Source of the DNA: Amoebidium appalachense
Taxonomy: Eukaryota; Protista; Ichthyosporea
Reading direction: 5' to 3'
DNA: 64,000 bases
Assembly (NCBI GenBank): GCA_963693365.1
Contig: CAVNZM010000002.1
Coordinates: 62,001 to 126,000 of the forward strand
The notes beneath the pieces are model-generated. The model saw nothing but the letters and a program-made list of their open reading frames with translations. It was not told the DNA's origin and did no database searches. Shown piece after piece: positions 57,727-64,000 of this stretch (its first letter is position 1; each line of letters opens with the position of its first letter). The translations under genes and the position numbers were made by a program.

Positions 57727-58876
57727 CTGCAAAAATAGAAAATTATTTTGGCATGAAGGTCTGTTGCATATTGTTTTGTATATCGTGGGCGAGCATTTCG
57801 CCATAGTGCAAGTAAAGTCTCGATGCATGAATGAATCTATGTCGAAGGGAAAAATCATAACCCGTGTGTGTGGCTTGATAATGCCACACTTGACAATAAA
57901 CATGAACACGTGGGCTCTGGTAGCCCTGCAACTACCATAACTTCAGGCACCTAAACAGGAGCCCAAACCAGCCATAGTCATTTCTGTGCCGTAATCCTGC
58001 ACCACAATTATAGCCCTGACCTTTTCTTGAGGCGCCACTTGCCTGCCTGTTTGCCCATTCTGTGGCACCAGGCAGGCAGGTTTGGGCCGGCCAGCCAGTG
58101 CACAGTGACGGCAGGGCCTGCTATGTACCCCCCCTTGGAGGTACATGGCTCCAATAGATTCATGGGGTTGGACGGTTTGGAGGGCGGCTGGTCACGTGCC
58201 ACATGTATAGTAGCTACCCTTGAAAAACAGAGCCAGCGTCGATTTATAGTAAAGTACTGGTCAGGGATTGCCAGCGGCAGGCTGTATTTTCAGCCTCGAC
58301 CCCAACAGAGAACTCCGGCCACGGCCGTGGCTCCGTTTTCGTGCGGTTTAGTCACGGTCACGTGCACTGTCACCACTGCAGCGCTGCCGGCAGCGGGGGG
58401 ACCGGCGACCAGAGGTCGAGAGCCAATCAGTAGGCCGATTAGCACACCAAATATGGCTACAGCGGGAAGCTCGGAGCAAGCTCCTTGAAGCCTCCTTCAC
58501 AACGGGGACAGCGGCGCCAGCCACCCCGCACATCGCAAAATCCGGAGTCCAATTGCTTTGCAAACAGCCTACCAGCGAGCCAGCCTCAGCCGCACTCTCT
58601 TCGTGTGGTTTGTACCTTTTCGTATTTCCTGCACGTATCCCTGCCAAGCTTTATTTGGTTACAACTGTAGCGGCGGAAAGCCCCCTTAGCCCGCACAGCG
58701 GAGGGTTAGGGTTAGGGTCAAACCGTGCTTGACTGCTACAGACGCACACACAAGGAGGCGACAACAAACATCCAAGCCAGGCACAGGCACACGCGCACAC
58801 GGCTGGAAGTGCACCTTTCGTGGACACACACAGCCCGTGGGTGCAGACCGGCAGGCAGGCACGCACGTGCACGGGC

Positions 58877-59285
58877 ATGGGGCTGTGCGGGTCCTGCTGC
58901 CTCAGCAGCGAGCGGCAAGAGCAGCTGCGCATGGAGGCCCTGCCCAAGGTGGTGCTGGACACAAAGTTTATGGGTGGGTGCTGAGGGGATTTGTGGTAGT
59001 TTGTGGGTGGGTGCTGGTGGGGGTTTTCACGATGGACATTTATGGGTGGGTGTTGGTGGGGGGTATTCTCGGTGGAGGTTTATGGGTAGGTGCTGAGGGG
59101 GGATTTCTCGGTGGTAGTTGATGCATGGGTGCTGGTAGTTTATGCGTGCATGTTGATAAGGCTCAAGTAGGGTACGTGTTGCCGTGCTAGTTGTCGCTCT
59201 GATAGACGTGGGTACTTATTGCTAGGGTAGCAGCAAGATCAGGGGGGCTATGGGGTAGCCAGGCGCAGTGCACTGCTGATGACAC

Positions 59286-59367
<82 letters not shown>

Positions 59368-59563
59368 CGCGCACACACATTGGTGTGCAGATGCACGTTT
59401 CACCACTCCAGGCAAGCACATACACAATACGTTCGTTGGCCTACCCCTGCTGGGGCACTGGTGCACACAGATTAAACACGTGGCTTCATCCCAAGACTGC
59501 ACCCAACCATCTCTATTACTTTCACCCGCTTTGCTCCCTCCCTTTCACAGGCCACCTAGCCTA

Positions 59564-59596
<33 letters not shown>

Positions 59597-61454
59597 CGAT
59601 CTCCCCTCCGTAAGTAACCCTGCTTGTCTCTGATCAAGACGGGGTGACCCACCCATGTTCAAGTGAAACAGTATCTGAGTTGGGTTTCGTTGAAGAGGTG
59701 AACGGATCGAAACTGGGGCACTGTGGATGACGTGGGCCCCCCCTGAGTATGGGCTCTGCTTTTTATGCATGCTGTTTATGTATGGTTTGCTCTCTGCATC
59801 GCGTCAACCGTTGTTCGTGTACTTCGTACTTTATATGACGCATTCAACCCCCCCCCCGCCCCCCTCTCCCCCCTCCCCTCCCTCCCTCTCCCCAGGATGT
59901 GTGTGTGCTCACTGGGTTGCTTGCAGGCAGCGACTGTGTGGTTGTCAAGAATGGACTGCGGCTGTGCGGCAGTGGGGGGGTGCTGGCAAATGCCCCCCTG
60001 GTGCAGAACAAGAGCTACTTTGAGATGAAGTTGCAGGCCACAGGTGGGTGGGTGGGTGGGTGGGTGGGGAGGGGGGGGGGGTGCGTGGGTGGGTTGCAGG
60101 GGGAAAGGGGGGGGGGGGGTCTATGTTTACACACCCGAGTGTGTGTTTGTGTGTGTGTGTGTCTTTTTCCTGGTGGGTGTGAAGGAAAGGGACGGGGGGA
60201 AGGGGGGGGGGGGGGGGGGGGGGGGGGGGGATCGATGTGGGTGTGCGGGTTTGTGACTTTTGTGTGGTCCGTGTGCAGATGTACGGTGGTGATGCCTGCC
60301 CGTGTATGTGCTTACTGCTGTGGGTGCCACCGGATATGGTGTGTGTGTGAGGTTGTGTGCTGGTGTGTGTGTGTGTGTGCGTGTGTGCGTGCGTGCGCGC
60401 ACGCGAGGGTGTGTGCGTGTGTGTATGTGTGTTTGGAAGTGGGGGGGAGGGGCAAGGTGAAGTGTTTGGCGTGCAAGTAAGACCTTGAAAAGAATCGCAG
60501 ACAACATAGAATTAAAAGGTAAATGAAACCATGCAGCACGGCCCATGCACTGTCTCTAGGCACGAAGGAGTGTTTTGGTTGCTTGCTTGGTCGGCAAACT
60601 TGCTCACATCCCCACTCCTTCCCCCTCCCCCCCCCCCCCCCCCCTTCTGCGCTCCGCCCCGCCCTGCCCCGCCCCCGGCCCCTCCCTCCCCCCGTCTCTC
60701 CTCCTCTCCTCCTTTATTCCGTCACCCCCCTCTTTCCCTGTCCCCCTCTCTTCCGTCCCTCCCCCCTCCCCCCCCCCCCCCCCCTTCTATGCCATCCTCC
60801 CCTCATGCCTTCTGCCTTCATCCCCATTTCCATGCACGCGATTGCTCTGCCTGTGTGTGCTCAATTAGCACCACATTCTCTCCTTTCACATATGCCATGC
60901 CACTCTAACACTGCCATTTTAGGGCGCTGGGGTCTTGGTGTAGCCACCCGGCAGGAGGATCTTGAGAAGTTGCCTCTGGGGGCCAGTGACCGCAGTTGGG
61001 TGCTGAGGAGTGATGGGGCAGTGGTGCATAATGGGGAGACTTACTCGGTGGTCGATGGCCCGGCATTCCAGGAGGGGGATGTGCTGGTGTGTGTGTGTGT
61101 GTGTGTGTGTGTTTATGTGTGTGTGGGCCTCTTGGGGGTGCATGCATCCCCTTTTGTGTGTGCCAGTGTTATGTCTGCCCATGCTATGTGTGTGTGTGCA
61201 CGTGGTGTAAGTGGATGTGTTATGTTCACATAGTGGTTGCCTGTATGCCATGGCACATGCACGCACACGTGGGAGCACACACGTACGTGTGGGTGCTGCC
61301 ATGTGCACACCCTCACAACACCTCTCATAGCTGGGAGCCATGCATGCCGCATGTTGAGGAACACACCGTCCGTGCTTCTATGGTAACCGTAGTCTTTCCC
61401 CCCCCCCCCCCCCCCCCCCCCTCCACACACACACACACACACACACGGACACCG

Positions 61455-61505
<51 letters not shown>

Positions 61506-62298
61506 CACACATTAAAGGCACACGCACCTGCGGGGGCGTGCGTGCGCACACACACACACACACACATGCACGCACACACGCACACGCACACGCACACGCA
61601 CACATACACCCATGCACAGCACACACATTCGAACACACGTACACATGCGCGCGCGCGTGCGTGCGAACACACACACACACATACACACACACACAGGCAT
61701 GCTCATACGACCATGTTGAGCTTCAGTTCTTCCACAACGGTCGTAACCTCAACTGCCCCGTCATGACCGTTAGGGGCCACATCTACCCTGTCTTCTACGG
61801 TACTGGTGCCACGTGCTGTCTGCTGCTTGCTTGTGTAGTCGTATTAAATGCTCCTAACTCAAAGCATACCCCCCCCCCTCCCCCAACAAAAAAAACAAAA
61901 AAAAAAACCACCACCACCACCACCACCCTCACCCACCCCCCCACCCCCCACCCACCCGCCCATCCGTCCACATCCCGCCCCCTTCTGCTGTTGCACAACA
62001 TTAAAGAACAAAAGCCACAGAGGTGGCAGGAGATGCATGCAACCATCAGAACATTATGTAGGGTCATGCAGTCGTGTCTACATTTAGAGCCCGGCATAAC
62101 GGGCTGGCTGCGACATACGTTGTAGGAGCAAGAAACGGGATGGGCCCTTATCACGCCATCTATCAACACACGTGCAAGTGTTTTTGACTGTGCACTGCAG
62201 TGGACGATGGGGCCATCGTGGACGTGGCCTTCAGAGACTTCACCCACCAGCCACCAATGGGCTACGACCAGATCATGTTTGAGCAGTCCATCCTATAG
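58877..62298 (+). CDS. SPRYD7: SPRY domain-containing protein 7 homolog; 5 coding exons (58877-58973, 59927-60043, 60923-61086, 61697-61799, 62201-62298)
   Basis: The spliced protein MGLCGSCC...[12 protein letters not shown]|[39 protein letters not shown]|RWGLGVAT...LPLG...WVLRSDG...QEGDVL|[21 protein letters not shown]...RGHIYPVFY|[14 protein letters not shown]...[15 protein letters not shown] follows animal SPRYD7 along its length. All junctions are GT-AG and phase-compatible. Confidence 0.95.
59616..59847 (+). repeat. Dispersed ~232-bp element, copy 1 (SPRYD7 first coding intron)
   Basis: Highly similar to 62567-62798 in the same orientation; both copies are flanked by C-rich tracts. Confidence 0.9.
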
Positions 62299-62566
62299 GT
62301 GGGTGGGTGTGCCCTTGAACATATCGTGTGCACGTGCATGTATCTGTGTGGGTGTATGGTGCGTGCATGTGGTTGTATGTTGTGTGCACGTGCATGTATC
62401 TGTGTGGGTGTATGGTGTGTGCGTCTGGTTGTATGTTGTGTGCACATGCACGCAGGGTAGCGAGGGTGTCTATCGACCTGCATGCAGAGAGGGTGTGTGT
62501 GCACGTGTATGCCATAGTAAGGTGTACACAGGCAGTGTTTGGGTCTTTGAACCCCCCCCCCCCCCC

Positions 62567-62798
62567 AACCCTGCTCGTCTCTGATCAAGACGGGTGACCT
62601 ACTCATGTTCAAGTGAAACAGTATCTGAGTTGGGTTTCGTTAACGAGGGGAATAGGTCGAAACTCGGGTACTGTGGATGACGTGGGCCCCCCCTGAGGAT
62701 GGGCTCTGCTTATTATGCATACTCTTTATGTATGGCTTGCATTCTGCATCGTGTTATCCGTTTGTTCTTGTGTACTTCGTACTTTTTGACGCATTCAA
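62567..62798 (+). repeat. Dispersed ~232-bp element, copy 2 (downstream of the SPRYD7 stop)
   Basis: aaccctgctcgtctctgatcaagacggg...gtgaaacagtatctgagttgggtttcg...gcattcaa, shared with copy 1. Confidence 0.9.
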
Positions 62799-63222
62799 AA
62801 CCCCCCGCCCTCTCCCTCCTTTCCTCTTTTATGTTTGGAGTTGCGTGTGTTTGTCTAAACGGTTCTTTTTATTAGTTCATTCTTTAGTAGCGCAATCTAA
62901 TCTACCAACTAACCCCAACCCGCTTCTTAGGACACCCCCCTTGTGTGCACATACTTCCCCCTTCCCCCCCCCCCCCCCCCCCCCCCATCCCCTCTCACCA
63001 CTCTGTTTCACGCACAGGGCCCTGGCCACTGACTGGGTGCCTGCAGTTGTGACGGGCAGGCAATGGAGTGCCTGACTGTGGGCACTATGTGTTGATGGCG
63101 GGAAGAGGGGTGCTGCGCCGTGCACGGGCACACCAGCGCGCACCCGTGCCCTGCACCAACTCGAGCACGCGACTAGGCATCACCCTTGCACACCCACCCT
63201 GGGCTTTGCGGGCACACATACA

Positions 63223-63274
<52 letters not shown>

Positions 63275-64000
63275 GACACATGCCCGCACGTGCGCGCGCA
63301 CACACATAGATCTGTGCCTACATGGCACCAGTAAGTACGTCCTTTGGTCATATAACACCCTGATGGTTGGATATTTTTTACTGCTCGACATGCAGTGTCT
63401 TAGTTCCGTGCGAGGTCTCTGTGCAATTACAACCGTGTGCATTCTTTTTTTTGCAACACCACATGAAGGTCTGTAGTGTTTTTTATCGGCCAGTATCGAT
63501 TGCTTCTCTCCCTTATGTTCTCCCCGCCACCAACTCCCTCCCACGTGCACACACCCGATTTATAGCCTTTTTTAGGCCTATTATGAGGCATGGATGAGAT
63601 AGTGCCATAGGGCCATGCCCGACGTCCTGTGACGTCATTGTACATATGAGCTCAGACATGCGCGGCCTGGCGGGACCGGGTGCGCTGTGCAGACTACCGA
63701 TAATGTGTACATATGTGGGTGCTGCGGGTCCAGCCCTGCAGCCATCATTCATTCCATTCGTGCATATATATCTGGCACATGTGCAGGTGGCTCTAGGGCC
63801 TAGAACTATGCATACGTGTATCTCCATCTAACACGTGCCTCTGTTGCTAAGTGTCCCGAACTCATATATCTGGGAGCTGCCAGCCCACTGACTGATTTAG
63901 GCCAACCGATGCGCACACATGTTGAGCACACATGTAATATACAATCCGAATGTGTCCGGCTATTCAGCTACGTACTTGGGGTGCAGCACTCCATTAAATG

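Noticed and set aside
58702-58718. Telomere or chromosome-end signature
   Set aside because: Fewer than three TTAGGG units, in an internal position.
59616-59847. Spliceosomal snRNA, U3, SRP or RNase P identity for the duplicated element
   Set aside because: Only fleeting similarity (caagtg..agtatctg versus U2); no Sm site or diagnostic conserved boxes in the right arrangement.

Overview
Eukaryotic, intron-rich genomic DNA full of microsatellites and G/C homopolymers. The gene content (THADA, animal-type PMS1, an UNC13/CAPS-family gene, SPRYD7, a Pho80/PCL-type cyclin) suggests a unicellular holozoan, and the CpG-decay pattern resembles an ichthyosporean such as Amoebidium; both are inferences. 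I can support six protein-coding genes: an intronless PH-like/coiled-coil gene (-, 1401-2276), THADA/Trm732 (+, ~6261-18583), PMS1 (-, 18989-27315), a CAPS-N + C2 + MUN gene (+, ~30678-48995), an intronless PCL-type cyclin (+, 56989-57726) and SPRYD7 (+, 58877-62298). Most ORFs in the supplied track are artefacts of simple repeats. The most interesting observations are: (1) many intronic minisatellites whose unit copies the adjacent splice site (donor, or branch point plus acceptor), giving arrays of decoy or alternative splice sites; (2) an UNC13-family protein joining a CAPS/Ync13-like N-terminus to a Munc13-type C2B and MUN domain, with no C1 or C2C; (3) a ~232-bp element present twice that can be drawn as a degenerate type III hammerhead; (4) a compositional signature of context-restricted (CGC/GCG) CpG methylation decay. 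All homology calls come from manual motif recognition; no searches were run.
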